Below are positions 38,442-50,506 of a stretch of DNA of 64,000 bases, piece after piece. The notes under the pieces are model-generated. The model saw only the letters and a list, made by a program, of their open reading frames with translations, ran no database searches and had not been told where the DNA came from. Numbering within the stretch: the stretch's first letter is position 1; every line of letters starts with the position of its first letter. Location: NCBI GenBank assembly GCA_025999215.1, contig AP024679.1, forward strand, positions 505,924 to 569,923, in the 5' to 3' direction. Made by a program: the position numbers and the translations under genes. Source of the stretch: Candidatus Dojkabacteria bacterium (GTDB taxonomy: Bacteria; Patescibacteriota; Dojkabacteria; J137).

Positions 38442-39541
38442 ATGAAAAAAGATACTCTGCAGTCGAATAAAATTTCCTTTTTAATTCTGTTCTGTAGGTG
38501 TTTCATTTTTAGGTTATTTGGTAGTTAAGCCTTTTATTGGTGTAGTTTTAATGGCCTTTATCACTGTTTGGATATTTGAGCCAGTTTTCTTGAAGTTGAA
38601 AAGTAAGCTAAAAAATGAGGTTTTGTCACTTTCTCTATCACCTTGATTGTGATGTTGATGAGTATTGGATTACCATTATTGCTTTTGACTCAGGTTGTTT
38701 ATTCCCAAATTTTGATATTTAGAGACGATGTAACACAGGTTATTAACACCGGACAGCTTAAATAGCGAAGATATTTTAGAAAATATTAACGAAATACTTT
38801 TAAAATTACCTGGTGATAATCAACTTTCTGAAGAAGATGTAATTGCTGGTTTGAGCAATGTTATTGCACCAGTGGGTAACACTTTGACACAAAACCTAGG
38901 TCAAATAACTCAAACTTCATTTATGCTTCTAACTAAATTGGTTGTTTATGTAACTGTTGTATTAACTCTCTTACCCAACAAACAAAAAATTTTAAAATTT
39001 ATAAAACAACTTAGTCCCTTTCCAGAAGATTTTGATGATCTCTATATTAAAAGAATAAGCGCAATGACTTTGTCGATGGTAAAGGGAACTTTTGTTATTG
39101 CTTTTGTACAAGGGTTATTTTCTGCATTGCTTTTGTATATTTTAAACGTCCCATACGTCGCGTTTTGGAGTTTATTGGTTGTATTTTTTTCAATAATTCC
39201 AGTTGGAGCTGGTATAGTTTTGATCCCTATTTCTATTTTTCTTGCTTTAGTTGGAAATATTTATGGTGCAATATTTTTATTTTTGATGAATGCTTTGGTT
39301 GTAACTAACATAGATAATGTGTTACGCCCTATGCTTGTAAGCAAGGATGCTAAAGCTAAATTCTACTTTGACTTTGATAGGAGTGCTTGGTGGAATTCAA
39401 GCTTTCGGCTTCATGGGGGTTATTTACGGTCCAGTTATTATGATAATACTATCAACCACTATTGAGATATATACGTTAAACATTTTAATACTGAAAAAGA
39501 GGTTTAAGTTTTCTGCCTGGATTTTTAGGTTTATTTCCTAA
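38442..39541 (+). CDS. AI-2E family transporter, multiply frameshifted
   Basis: AFVQG, IPVG, IDNVLRP and GVLGGIQAFGFMGVIYGP motifs over several frames. Confidence 0.8.
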
Positions 39542-41417
39542 GTCTAATAAAGTGTTAGTTATTTCTTGGCTTGGGATTTCTCTCCAAATTATTGCAAATG
39601 GATTTATATTTATTAACTCCATAAATAACTCTATAGACGGCTCAAAATCCATATCAATTATAATTTTTAAATTTTTATTTAATTCATTAATTATAATTTT
39701 CAAAATTTCTAGAATTGTTATGTAATCTTTTGTTTCAAGTATTGATTTGTTGAGATGTGTTTGTCCAAGTTTATGTAATGGAATAATTACACCATCAACA
39801 GTAGTTTGATCAATTTTATCAACTTCGTAAATTAGTAAAGGGATATAGGTTTCAACAAAAAAGCGAATTTTTGAGTTTTTTCTAATTCCATTTGACGCAA
39901 GCTGTTTTTTTATTTTCAATAAATTTTCCAAAGATCGTACTGATGGAAGAATTAAATCTAATGAACCGGAATTCTTTTTGATCTCTTTGAGAGCATTAAT
40001 TTCTGGGAAAATTGACATTGGGTTTTTCATAATCCGTTCATCGTGAGTGAATGTTATGTTGCTGTCAAGAAGTTTTTTCTCTAAATCACCAATATCTGAG
40101 AACTTATAAAAGAAATATTTGTGTTGAGGTTACCTTATAGGCTGTGTTTATGTCGAGTTTTATGGCGTCAATAAATTTACTGGCTTTCACAACTTCATTT
40201 GAGTATTTTTCTTCTGGCAGTTCATGACGATCAAGAATAAGTGTAGTGCCATCAAAATAACCTCCATCAAATCTTTCTACATCTGCAATTATTTCGGGTT
40301 TCATTGAACTAAAATCTAGAATGTTTTTGATCTTAAAATTTGAAAAATTAATTTTAGTATTTGTATTAGTTATTTGGGCTTCATTTAAAATATTTTCTTT
40401 AACTGTAATTTTGGGTTTTACTTCCACCTCTTGTGGTGTTGATTTTGTTTACATCTTCAGTTTGATTTTTTTCAGTTTCATTATCTTTTTCTGTAAACTC
40501 TTGTTGTTCAAAATCTGTTAAATATACTTCCCCTGCTTCGATCTCCCATGTCGTTAAATTAAATGGTGAGATCTTCATCTTTGAAGTTTGCAATCTCTAA
40601 AATTAAATTATCAGTCAATTTTGGAACTCCTCTGTATTCTTCTTCAAGCTCTATTAGTTTTGTATTTTTTATTAGGATCTTTGAACACCCTAATTGCTAA
40701 TTTATCTTGAGGAACAATGTACTTTTCTGTAATCTGATTTCCTTCAACAATATACTTATCCGCGCCTGCAATTTCTGGGTGTTGGCAACCAAAAAAAGCA
40801 CTTATTTCTGTTCTGTCAGCCATAAATTTAGCATTTCCAGAAGCTTCTGGGTTTACTATTTTTTGAATAATTAGAGCAATGCTCAAATTTCCTTGATAAA
40901 AGTTTTGTGCTCTCAATAGCAATGCTTCTTTTGAAAATAAAAAACTCCAGCCATGCTTGATTTGTTCAAGTAAATTTTCGAACGAGCTTATGTTCATTTC
41001 AAAGTTAGGTGCTTCTTTTGGAATAAACTTCTCAGAAAATATGAACGATGGAATTATTTTGAAATAAACATTTTTATCTTGTTTAATTGAATCAAATGCA
41101 ACTTTTAGCGGATTTAAAATAATTGACGGGAGGCTAGCTTTGTTTAAAATGTCAGAAATATTTTTACTAGCTTTATCTGTTGATTCAGGGTCGTTGATGT
41201 CAACCTTGCAAATTTGATCTACGATTGGATCTACCAAAAGTGATGATTGAACAAAGTGATCAAAAGCTGTTGTAGTTAATATAAAAAATGGGGAAATTTT
41301 TGCCTTTTCTGATAGCTTGAAATATTCTAAACCTTTATGTCCCAAAATATTTTGATCTTCAAACTCTTTTTGTTTTTGGGTTATTACGTATGGCGCGTCA
41401 AAAAACTTTTTTTTCAT
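39485..41417 (-). CDS. Degenerate PEP synthase/PPDK-like protein, split into four ORFs
   Basis: LGHKG, FILTTxAF, IIQKIV..ASG and ADKYIV (PPDK_N-like); FFVET...DGV (PEP-utiliser C-like). Confidence 0.55.
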
Positions 41418-41541
41418 TCTCTAAAAAACTAATTACAACAAAGTATGAATATTTAATCACTTGATGTCAATATTTGCAATTTGAGAACATGTGAAATTTG
41501 TAGTAAGATTTTTTAGAAATATTATTTTTCAATTTAATTCT

Positions 41542-41835
41542 ATGAGAATTCTGGTTTCTGCCCCTCATTTAACCAAACCCACATTAGAAACTATTGAAAG
41601 TATTTCAAAGAAAAGATTTAAATCTATTGATAGACTTTTGAATCACATGAAAGATAAGTCTGGAAATTACCTTGAGATTAGTGTTGATAAGGAAGGTGAT
41701 GAGTTTAAGGTTGTAGCAAAACTTAATGCATTTAGTTTTTTTGTTGTAACTACAAAACATCGAGATCTAAGGATTGCTATTCGAGATGCTTCAAAAGAAC
41801 TTAAAGCTGTTGTTAAAAAAGCTAAGAATAATTAA
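41542..41835 (+). CDS. HPF/RaiA-like ribosome hibernation factor
   Basis: Short protein with K..K.IDRL and DLRxAIxxAxxEL pattern. Confidence 0.6.
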   Translation: MRILVSAPHLTKPTLETIESISKKRFKSIDRLLNHMKDKSGNYLEISVDKEGDEFKVVAKLNAFSFFVVTTKHRDLRIAIRDASKELKAVVKKAKNN

Positions 41836-41841
41836 TCGCTT

Positions 41842-42252
41842 ATGAAAATTATGCTCAAAACGCATTTTAAAAATTTTGAAAAATTATTATTTATTCTTCA
41901 CTTATTTGAATTTATTTTTTTATTTTGTTTTTCAATTTTTGTATATTCTTTGCCTCGATTTATTGATAACTTGATACGTTTTTCAGAATCATGGGATATT
42001 TTTTATAAATTTTTGTTTCAATTTATGTTAAATTTTTTAAATGAAAGATACATTTTCTTTGGAAACATTGTGATAATTTTTGCTTTTTTGCATTTAATTT
42101 CAGCGTTAATTGTGCATGGAAAGTTTTATAAACTAAAGTTAATCAATGCTTTAGCTTCTTTGTTTTTATTTGTGTTCTACCCTATAGGTCCTTTTTTGTT
42201 GATTTGGAATTTGTTTTTAATTAATCTCTTTGGGAGAGAGAGTATCGAGTAA
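41842..42252 (+). CDS. Hypothetical membrane protein
   Basis: Hydrophobic ORF with YPIG. Confidence 0.55.
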   Translation: MKIMLKTHFKNFEKLLFILHLFEFIFLFCFSIFVYSLPRFIDNLIRFSESWDIFYKFLFQFMLNFLNERYIFFGNIVIIFAFLHLISALIVHGKFYKLKLINALASLFLFVFYPIGPFLLIWNLFLINLFGRESIE

Positions 42253-42638
42253 TAAATTTACAAGTTTATCTGCATGCTGATTTTCGTTTCTAGGAATATG
42301 AATAAATTTTATCGTTTCAAATTTTGATTTTAATTCTTCAACTTGATCATAAGAGATCTTTCATTTTTAAATCGTTTACTTTGTATTCTTTGTTAAGTTG
42401 CTTTCACAATCAGTTCACTATCTAGGTAACAATTTAAATTTCTAATCATTTTTTTGAGAGCATTTTTTAATCCTAAAATTAATCCTGTATATTCTGCGAC
42501 GTTATTTGTGCTTTGACCAAGTAGTAAGCCACCAAAATCAATTAATTTGTCATCTTCAAATAAAAAGTAGCCACATGCGCTATCTCCAGGGTTGCCACGA
42601 CTACCGCCATCTGTAAAAAGTTTAAAATTACTATTCAT
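42217..42638 (-). CDS. rnhA: Ribonuclease HI (DGGSRGNPG type), frameshifted
   Basis: TDGGSRGNPG, TNNVAEY and DSELIV; HIPRNENQHADKLVN in a downstream frame. Confidence 0.88.
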
Positions 42639-42653
42639 TTTACTTTTTAATAA

Positions 42654-43278
42654 TTATTCGTTTTTTAAATTTTTAATAAAATGTTCTACTGTACTAACCC
42701 AGAATTCTTTATCTGTTTCTGGTCCGCCATACTTTTCAATTATACAATACAAATTGTTATTACATGGTTTTATAAATTCTTGTGAAATTTTACATGTTAG
42801 TATGCTCAATGCTTCTTCCCAACTTGAATAAGTAACATTGTTCAGGTAGCCAAATGGATTGTATGTTTTGTACGGTATTCTTCCAAAGCCGGATTCTTTA
42901 CCTGCAATAGCAAGTATGGTATAAAAATCTCCTCCACATTCCACTGATCTATCATATATCAATTCAAGGTAGGGATCCATTGGTGAATTATATGATTCTA
43001 GGGATGCTCTTGCATTGGCTACAGCTCGAACTTTAGTTTGCTCATCTTTGATTTTTCTTAAAATTTCTTGTATTTGAATACTTTCATTTGTTAGGTTTTC
43101 TCTTTCATAGATGTCAGACACAGAAATTTTCAGCTTAGAATTATTCTGTTCCATAGGCATTTATAAAGTTTAACTCTATTGTTCTTACAATGAAAAGTCA
43201 ATAAAAAAGAAATCGTTAATCCCAACTAAAGATGATGTTAAAATTATTTTAAAAACTTTTAAAGTCGGAGATATTCAT
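42654..43278 (-). CDS. Lysozyme-like/glucosaminidase-domain secreted protein
   Basis: AIAGKESGFG...NPFG motif; hydrophobic anchor from ATG 43278 is out of frame. Confidence 0.7.
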
Positions 43279-43311
43279 TTGATAGTTATTAAAATAATGG
43301 ACTCAAAAATT

Positions 43312-46300
43312 TTAGCTTAATTCACCAAATACTAATTCTATAGTTTGTTTTTCAGATTTGCTAGTTACCACTATTTGATTTTCAGATAAGGCTTTTGTTC
43401 TGTGCGCTATCGCTAACAATCACTCTTAAGTTATACACAGCAGTTAGGCTTTAATTCATTAATTATTATATTGTGTTGAGTCTTGTAAATTGTGTCTATT
43501 GGTGTAGCCTGAGTGTAAACTCCATTACTTCCTTCGCCGTACTCAACTTGAGCTGTAGTTGGTTCATCTGTATCAATTGTTACAATCAAGTTGAGCGTTA
43601 TTACCTTCATCTCCTGTATTTGATTTACCTATCTTTGATTCCTACTATCTCTGGTGGTCTGGTATCGGTTGCAGTTGTAAATGTAAATTCATTTGAGCGA
43701 GTAGAATTACCAAACACATCTGTTGCTACTACATACAAAACATATGAGGTTTCAGGTTTTAAACCTGATACTTCTTGTTCATACTCTTGTTGTCTTTCAA
43801 TATTTGGAATTGTTGAAACAAATTCTCCACCTTCGTTTAGGTTTTTGTAATAAATTGCGCTTATTGTTGGTACATTTGTGTTCCATCTGACTACAACAGT
43901 TGGGGATGAAACCTCTTTGATTTCTTCCACCGACAAATCGGTGACTTGAGGAAGAGGTAATGTAGTAAATGCTTGATCAATTAATGTGTCATACTCATAT
44001 CCGTCTATATCTGTTAAATAGATTCTATACAAGTAGGTGGTTCCACTTTGTAGATTGGTTAATGGAATACTATAACTTGATAAAGTAGTTGATATTGGGA
44101 GTGACTGTTCAATTACACCTGGGATATTTAATCTTAATTTAGTTGCATTTGATACATTATTTATGTTGACTATAGCACTACTTGTTGTTAGTGAACTTAT
44201 ACCTACATCCTGAATTTCGGGCGCAGGTTCAGTAACAAATGTTTTCTCGCTAGATACGCCCACATTTCCATCTTCATCAACCCAAAGCGCTCTGTAGTAA
44301 TAAGTTTTACCAGGATCTAAATTATTCAAAGTTATAAAGTGATTGGTTACTTGATCTGAGTTTGATATTTCTTCATCAAAATACTTTCCACTTTCAACTC
44401 CTAGCTGAATTCTGGAATCACTTGTTCTTTCCGTCACCCAATTTATTTTAGCCGTTCTGGTGCCAACCTGTATAACTTCTGGTTCAGTTATTAATTTTGC
44501 CGGTTCAGTGTATTTTCCTGTTGGTGTTTTTATCAACATTTCCTGTAGGCGCAGAACAATTATTTGCGCTATCACAAGCAACGATACAGTAATTGTAAGT
44601 TACTTGAGATAATCCAGTATCAATGTAGCTTGTTGATGTGCTTGATCCAATTTGAGCAAAGCTTCCAAAATTACTGCTACAAGAAATTTCTGTATTGGTC
44701 GATCTGAAAATTCTATAATTTGCAATTCCTGCTCCAACGTCGTTAGGCACATCCCAAGATAAAGCTAATCTCCAATTAGAAGTACTTTTAATTGATATAT
44801 CAGCTATATCTAAGTTTGTAGGTATTCCAGGAGCATCGCCTGTGTATTCAAAAGTGATGCTTTGATAAGTAGCGTAGTTAATATTTGAAGCTTCATCTCT
44901 TGCCACAATGTACATAGTGTTGGTGCCGGGCTGAGTAGCATAAGCACCAGGTCCAATGCTAGTTTCACCTGGGAGTGTAAAGTTACAAGAGCTGCTGGAT
45001 GGCAATGTATTGACAGAATAACAATATGTCAAACCACTAACCAAACCTGTGAAAGTTGCAGGAGGATCCCAACTAAATTGATATTCATTAACATTGTTTG
45101 AAGCAGGAGTTACAGATAGATTTTGCACCTCTGATGGTGCGCTGGTATTAATTTTAATATCTCCTTGCAGTAAACTGCTTGATACATTTCCTGCATTATC
45201 TAGAGTTCTAAAATAAATTTTGTTAACCCCCTCATTTAAATTTGGATAGTCATAAGTTGGATCGGTTGTGTAAACTCCATCATCAGCTAGCAAATCTGTT
45301 AAGCCCTCACTTCCATTGTGCAAGTCTCCATACCAAGTGCCCGTTTGTCCAATTCGATATTGTAGTCCCGCTACTCCACTAAAACTATCACTTGCGCCAT
45401 TAGCACCCACTGGCCACGATATAGTAATATCTTTAGTTGATACAAAATTTACTGGCAAATTTATAAATGCTGGATTATCAGGTGGAGTGTTATCGAACTT
45501 AAAATTAGTCAAATCTTGATAATCAATACTTGCTCCAGAGAAAATATTTCCTCCATTATCTACAGCTTTTATTGAAATGAAGTAGGTTTTGCCTGAAGTT
45601 AAATTAAGGCCTGCTATTGAATTTAAATCTAGTGAATTACCTTGAGCGATGAAAGGACAGAAAGCCTTTGGAACGCCATCGTCAAGTGATTGTAAAAGCC
45701 CACCAGTAATTGCTGGATCAAGATTACTTGAAGTTCCATCAGTTTCATCTAAAGCAATACAGTATCCATAAATTCCAGATCCACCAGGATTATCTGTTGC
45801 GCTATCCCATGTGACAGTTGGTTTAAAATTAATCCATGAACCTGCTGTAACTCCTGTCAACAGCACATTAGATGCATTGCTTACTGGATTATCAAGATCG
45901 TACTCTTGATAAGATATTTCGATTTCATAAACTTCTCCAAATTCCACACCATTGGGATCAAACTCTACTCTGAATTGGATATATTGATCTCCATTATTTA
46001 CACAATTATTTGATGATATATCGAGTCCATTAGTAACAGCATCACAAGAGCTCCAAGGTTGAGCATTACTCATGTTGCTCACAAAGTCTGATCTAGCTTT
46101 GATAGTAAAGGTTCCAGAAGCAATAAAACTAATTTCATTCCATTCAGTAGGGAATGTGGTGTTGAAAATATTTGAGGTTGCATAAGAATTCAATTGGTAA
46201 ACTTTTTCTTCGGAGTTAATTGTTACACTTACATCTGTGGTTGCGATTTTTCTGGCTCTTACCCAATCCCAGCTGGCAGAATAAGCTTGATTGTAACTAT

Positions 46301-47366
46301 AAAGATCTCCTCTTGCACCTAGTAAGACTTTTGCATTAAGTAATGTTCCCAAAGTGAAATCATAATTGTAAATTATATTATTATTTGCTATATCAAAGAT
46401 TTGTTGTTTTGAATTACTGCTATTGACAAATACACTACTAATTGCCCAATAACCTGTCTGATTTAATCCTGAAATGGTTAATATCCATCTATTATTCCTT
46501 CTCAGATATACTCTGTTTCCTGCACCGTGGAAAAGCATAGATGCTTGAATATTTGTATTAGAGTGTGCACCTATAGGCGTAAAGCCATTGGCGGGTAGTG
46601 AATTTACATATATTTTACTTTCAACTACATAAGTGCCGTTTAAAAGTGTTTTAGATAATAAATACCTGTTATTGTTACCTGCTTTCAAATACCCATCCTC
46701 AACCAACCAATTGCCTCCACTAGGTGAGCCAACAATAAGAGAATCCCATTTCGATAGGTCAAGAGAGATAGCATTAAAATCGTCAAAAAATAAAAAAGTT
46801 GCGTTACCATCAGATGCAGGTAATGCAGATGGGTTACCATAGTACATATAGATTGTATTATCGCCAATATTTAAATTGTCTACTTTCACCCAAAAATCTG
46901 TTGATGCTGAATTACATTCATTAAAGCCTTCAGAAATCCAATAAGATAGAGTGTTACCTGACTGGTTAGTAAATCTTACATCTGCACAATTTAGTTGCAA
47001 TTTTCCACTTGCAATAAGAGCTGACGTATCAACAGGTATTTTGACCTGAAAATCAGTTAATGTAGATGAATTGGGGTTATTTATTGTAATTACTTGTCTA
47101 TATTTCCAATTAGTATCAAACCAATTTGGATCAGTCATTTGAATTTCTATTTTGTTTGCTGAAGTAGTAACATTATTTATTTCTGATAAAGTATTTGTGT
47201 TAGATGTGATAACGCTTGAGCTTATTCCTCCATCCCAAGCATTTTGTATCCATGAATAGATACCAGCTTGAGCACCTCCAAAGTTGGAAAAAAGATAAAA
47301 AAGTATAGATATAATAATAAATACAAAAAAATATGTAGCTGGATGTAGTTTTTTGATCAATTTCAT
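43312..47366 (-). CDS. Giant surface protein with DUF2341 and fibronectin type III/Ig-like repeats, frameshifted
   Basis: WKYRQVITI..LTDFQV, ADVRF, WVKV and YMYYGN (DUF2341); repeated FN3 W/Y patterns; ORFs 44505..47366 and 43625..44581 plus a tail to 43312. Confidence 0.8.
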
Positions 47367-47423
47367 ATTACCTTATTCTATCATTATCAATCAATTTACC
47401 ACAACAAAAAAATCAACGCAATT

Positions 47424-48620
47424 TTATTCGGACAAAATTTTTAAAACTTCTAGCTCATCATTTGAAAGAAATTGCATCATCATTCCACCACCAACTGAAA
47501 CATGGTTAAATCGTGAAGGTTTTATTTTGAGTTTTTGCATAGCAAGTATTGTATCACCACCTCCAGCAACTTTGTAAGCACCCTTTGGAGTTCCAAGTGC
47601 AATAAATTCACCTATTGATTCTGTTCCTTTATTGAAATTTTCAAATTCAAATACACCCATAGGACCATTCCAAAGAACTGTTTGCGCTGATTCTATAATT
47701 TCTCTATACATGACAGTTGTTTTAGGGCCAATATCCATGCCAACTAAGTTATCAGGTATGTTTTGGTTTTGTATCTCAATTACTTTTGCTTCTGAATCAA
47801 AAGAATCACTAGCTAGGTGATCAATTGGTAATATTATTTCTGTTTTACTATTTTGAGCTTTTGTGAGAATATCTCGAGCTACATCCAAAAGATCATCTTG
47901 GGTCTTAGATTTACCAACATTTATATCTTGAGCTTTGAGAAACGTATAAGCCATAGCTCCGCCAAGTAAAATAGTATCAACTTTGTTTAAAAATTTTTCA
48001 ATAACTGGAATTTTGTCTTCAATTTTGGCACCTCCAAAAATACCAACAAAAGGTGATTTTGATTCCTCTTTCAGTTTGTTCAAATTTTCTACTTCGTTTA
48101 TTATACTAAAACCTGCATAGCTTTCCATCATTTGAGGAAGATCATAAACGGATGCATGCTTCTTATAGACACCAAAGCAATCATTTACATAAACATCACA
48201 AAGCTCAGTTAAAATTTTTAAATACTCCCTTCTTTCATTTTCATTCTTACTTTCTTCGCGAGGATCAAACCGCAAATTTTCAATCATTGTGATTTCGCCT
48301 GGATTCATGTATTTAATGGAGTTTGCACATGATTCAAGTTGTGTAAATTTGATCTGGATTCCTAGAAGTTTACCAAGAGCAAACCTTACTGGGAACAAAG
48401 ATAGTTCATCAACATATTTTCCGTTTGGTCTTCCAAGGTGACCAATTACAACAATTTTACAATTCTGTTTGAGTAAGTATTCATAAGTTGGAATTGAAGC
48501 TTTAATTCTTGTATCATCTACAATTTCTCCATACTCATCCAAAGGCACATCTAAATTAGCTCTGACCACTACCGTTTTACCTTTAATATCAGCATCAGTT
48601 AATTTCCTAAATTTATACAT
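47424..48620 (-). CDS. pgk: Phosphoglycerate kinase
   Basis: HLGRP, ENLRF, GGAK, WNGPMGVFE and GGGDT motifs. Confidence 0.96.
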   Translation of the reverse strand: MYKFRKLTDADIKGKTVVVRANLDVPLDEYGEIVDDTRIKASIPTYEYLLKQNCKIVVIGHLGRPNGKYVDELSLFPVRFALGKLLGIQIKFTQLESCANSIKYMNPGEITMIENLRFDPREESKNENERREYLKILTELCDVYVNDCFGVYKKHASVYDLPQMMESYAGFSIINEVENLNKLKEESKSPFVGIFGGAKIEDKIPVIEKFLNKVDTILLGGAMAYTFLKAQDINVGKSKTQDDLLDVARDILTKAQNSKTEIILPIDHLASDSFDSEAKVIEIQNQNIPDNLVGMDIGPKTTVMYREIIESAQTVLWNGPMGVFEFENFNKGTESIGEFIALGTPKGAYKVAGGGDTILAMQKLKIKPSRFNHVSVGGGMMMQFLSNDELEVLKILSE

Positions 48621-48664
48621 ATTTAATTATATCATTTTTTATGATTATTATCAATCTAAGAGGG

Positions 48665-49055
48665 TTAGGATTCAGGTAGGTTCTCGAATAAGCTATAATT
48701 AATAAGCCAATCTTGATATTCTTTAAGAGCATTAAGTATTCTTTCATACTCTTCTTCAGCTTCTTTTTCATTGCAATTTGTATTAACAAGTCTATCTTCA
48801 ATAATTTGATTTATTATTTTAATTTTTTGTTCCTCCCAGTTTCGTAAAACTCTTCGAACGCGTTCTTTTTCGTGTTGTATAGTATTGCCTTCTAATCGCT
48901 CTTTTCGATTTTGTTTATACTTGGGATCTATATAAGTTATTATAGCACTCAAAATTCTCTCAGCCTTATGCAATATTTCTTTCTAGAAATTCAGCCTCAT
49001 CAAATCTCTCATTCCCACCCCCATGCTCACAGCTATGATTAAAAGCTTCAGCCAT
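48665..49055 (-). CDS. Hypothetical protein, probably frameshifted near 48980
   Basis: ATG at 49055 follows the serS stop and continues into ORF 48665..48973 after a shift. Confidence 0.45.
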
Positions 49056-49057
49056 AT

Positions 49058-50425
49058 CTATAATTTGTTTTTAAAAATAAATTCTTTTTTTATATAACTT
49101 TGTAATGCCTCTGGAACTTTTATTGAGCCGTCAGATTGTTGGTAGTGTTCAATTATTGCTATCAATATTCTATGTGTAACTGCAGTGTCGTTTAAGGTAT
49201 GAACAAAACTTAGTTCATTATTTTCATTTTTGTATTTAATATTTAATCTTCTTGATTGATAATCAGTAGTGATGCTGTTTGACATAATTTCCGTAAAACA
49301 TTTTTGGCTTGGTGTCCAGAATTCAATATCGTATTTTTTGGCTGCTGCGTAGTAACCTAAATCACCAATACACATATTGATTACATGATATGGAATTTTT
49401 AATTCTTGAAGTAACCATTCATTTAAACTTAGTAAGTATTCGTGCATTTTTCTACTTTCTTCTAAATCATTTTTACAAATTATATTCATTTCTAGTTTTT
49501 CAAATTGGTGAGCTCGTTTAATTCCCCGAACATCTTTACCCCAGCTTCCAGCTTCACTTCGAAAACATGTGCTTCGCGCCATTAGTTTTATTGGTAAATC
49601 ATCTAAATTCAGTGTTTTATTCATGAATTTTGCAAAATTAGAGGGTTCGGAAGAGCCAACCAAGTACAAATCATTTGAATCTTCAATATTTTTGCTTTCG
49701 ATTTTGTAAACTTGATCCGCATCACCTGGAAAATGGCTAGAACCATACAATACGCTTTCCCTTACCAATAATGGAGAATACAAAGGAATAAAGCCTTCAC
49801 TTAGTAACTTTTGCCACATCAGTTGAACTACGGCTTCAAATAGCAATACACCATCACCCGATAAATAATAAAATCTTGAACCAGATGCTTTTGCTCCTGC
49901 CTGTAAATCTACAATTTTTAAATTATCTGCAACTTCCCAGTGTGGCAAGGTCTTAAACATTTCATCTTGATGTGACCCTTGATCATTCATGAACTTGCTT
50001 GAACCATCACAACCTTCAAGCATAGTTTCATCAAAATAACCAATTTCGGGATTCCAAGCTTTGATTTCAACATTATTCAGTTCACTTACTCCATCAGGAA
50101 CTTCATCGAGAGGTAAATTTGGTATCCAATCTAAAATTTCTTTCCATTCTTCTTCTATTTGACTTAATTTAGTTTCTAATTCCTCAACTTCAACTTTTAC
50201 CCTTTTAACTTCATTGATAATTTCAGGAGAAGGTTTACCTTTGAGACCTTTACTTAATTCGTTTCGTTTGTTTCTTTTTTTATTGATTTTTTTGATTAAT
50301 TCGTTTCTTTGTGTATCCAGTTTTAACCATTTTGAAATATCTGCCCTTTTGGCATCACCTCTTCCTTTTGCAATTAAATCAATATATTTTTGAGGATTAT
50401 TTCGTAAATCAGTTATATCTATCAT
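49058..50425 (-). CDS. serS: Seryl-tRNA synthetase
   Basis: IPNLP, SGSRFYY, CFRSEAG, RAHQFEKLE and VHTLN motifs; start MIDI at 50425. Confidence 0.96.
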   Translation of the reverse strand: MIDITDLRNNPQKYIDLIAKGRGDAKRADISKWLKLDTQRNELIKKINKKRNKRNELSKGLKGKPSPEIINEVKRVKVEVEELETKLSQIEEEWKEILDWIPNLPLDEVPDGVSELNNVEIKAWNPEIGYFDETMLEGCDGSSKFMNDQGSHQDEMFKTLPHWEVADNLKIVDLQAGAKASGSRFYYLSGDGVLLFEAVVQLMWQKLLSEGFIPLYSPLLVRESVLYGSSHFPGDADQVYKIESKNIEDSNDLYLVGSSEPSNFAKFMNKTLNLDDLPIKLMARSTCFRSEAGSWGKDVRGIKRAHQFEKLEMNIICKNDLEESRKMHEYLLSLNEWLLQELKIPYHVINMCIGDLGYYAAAKKYDIEFWTPSQKCFTEIMSNSITTDYQSRRLNIKYKNENNELSFVHTLNDTAVTHRILIAIIEHYQQSDGSIKVPEALQSYIKKEFIFKNKL

Positions 50426-50506
50426 ATTTAATTTTAGCAAATATTTTATTTTTAATAAAATTTTAGCTTTTTTTATGATAAAATAATACTAGTTTTTACT
50501 CACTGT

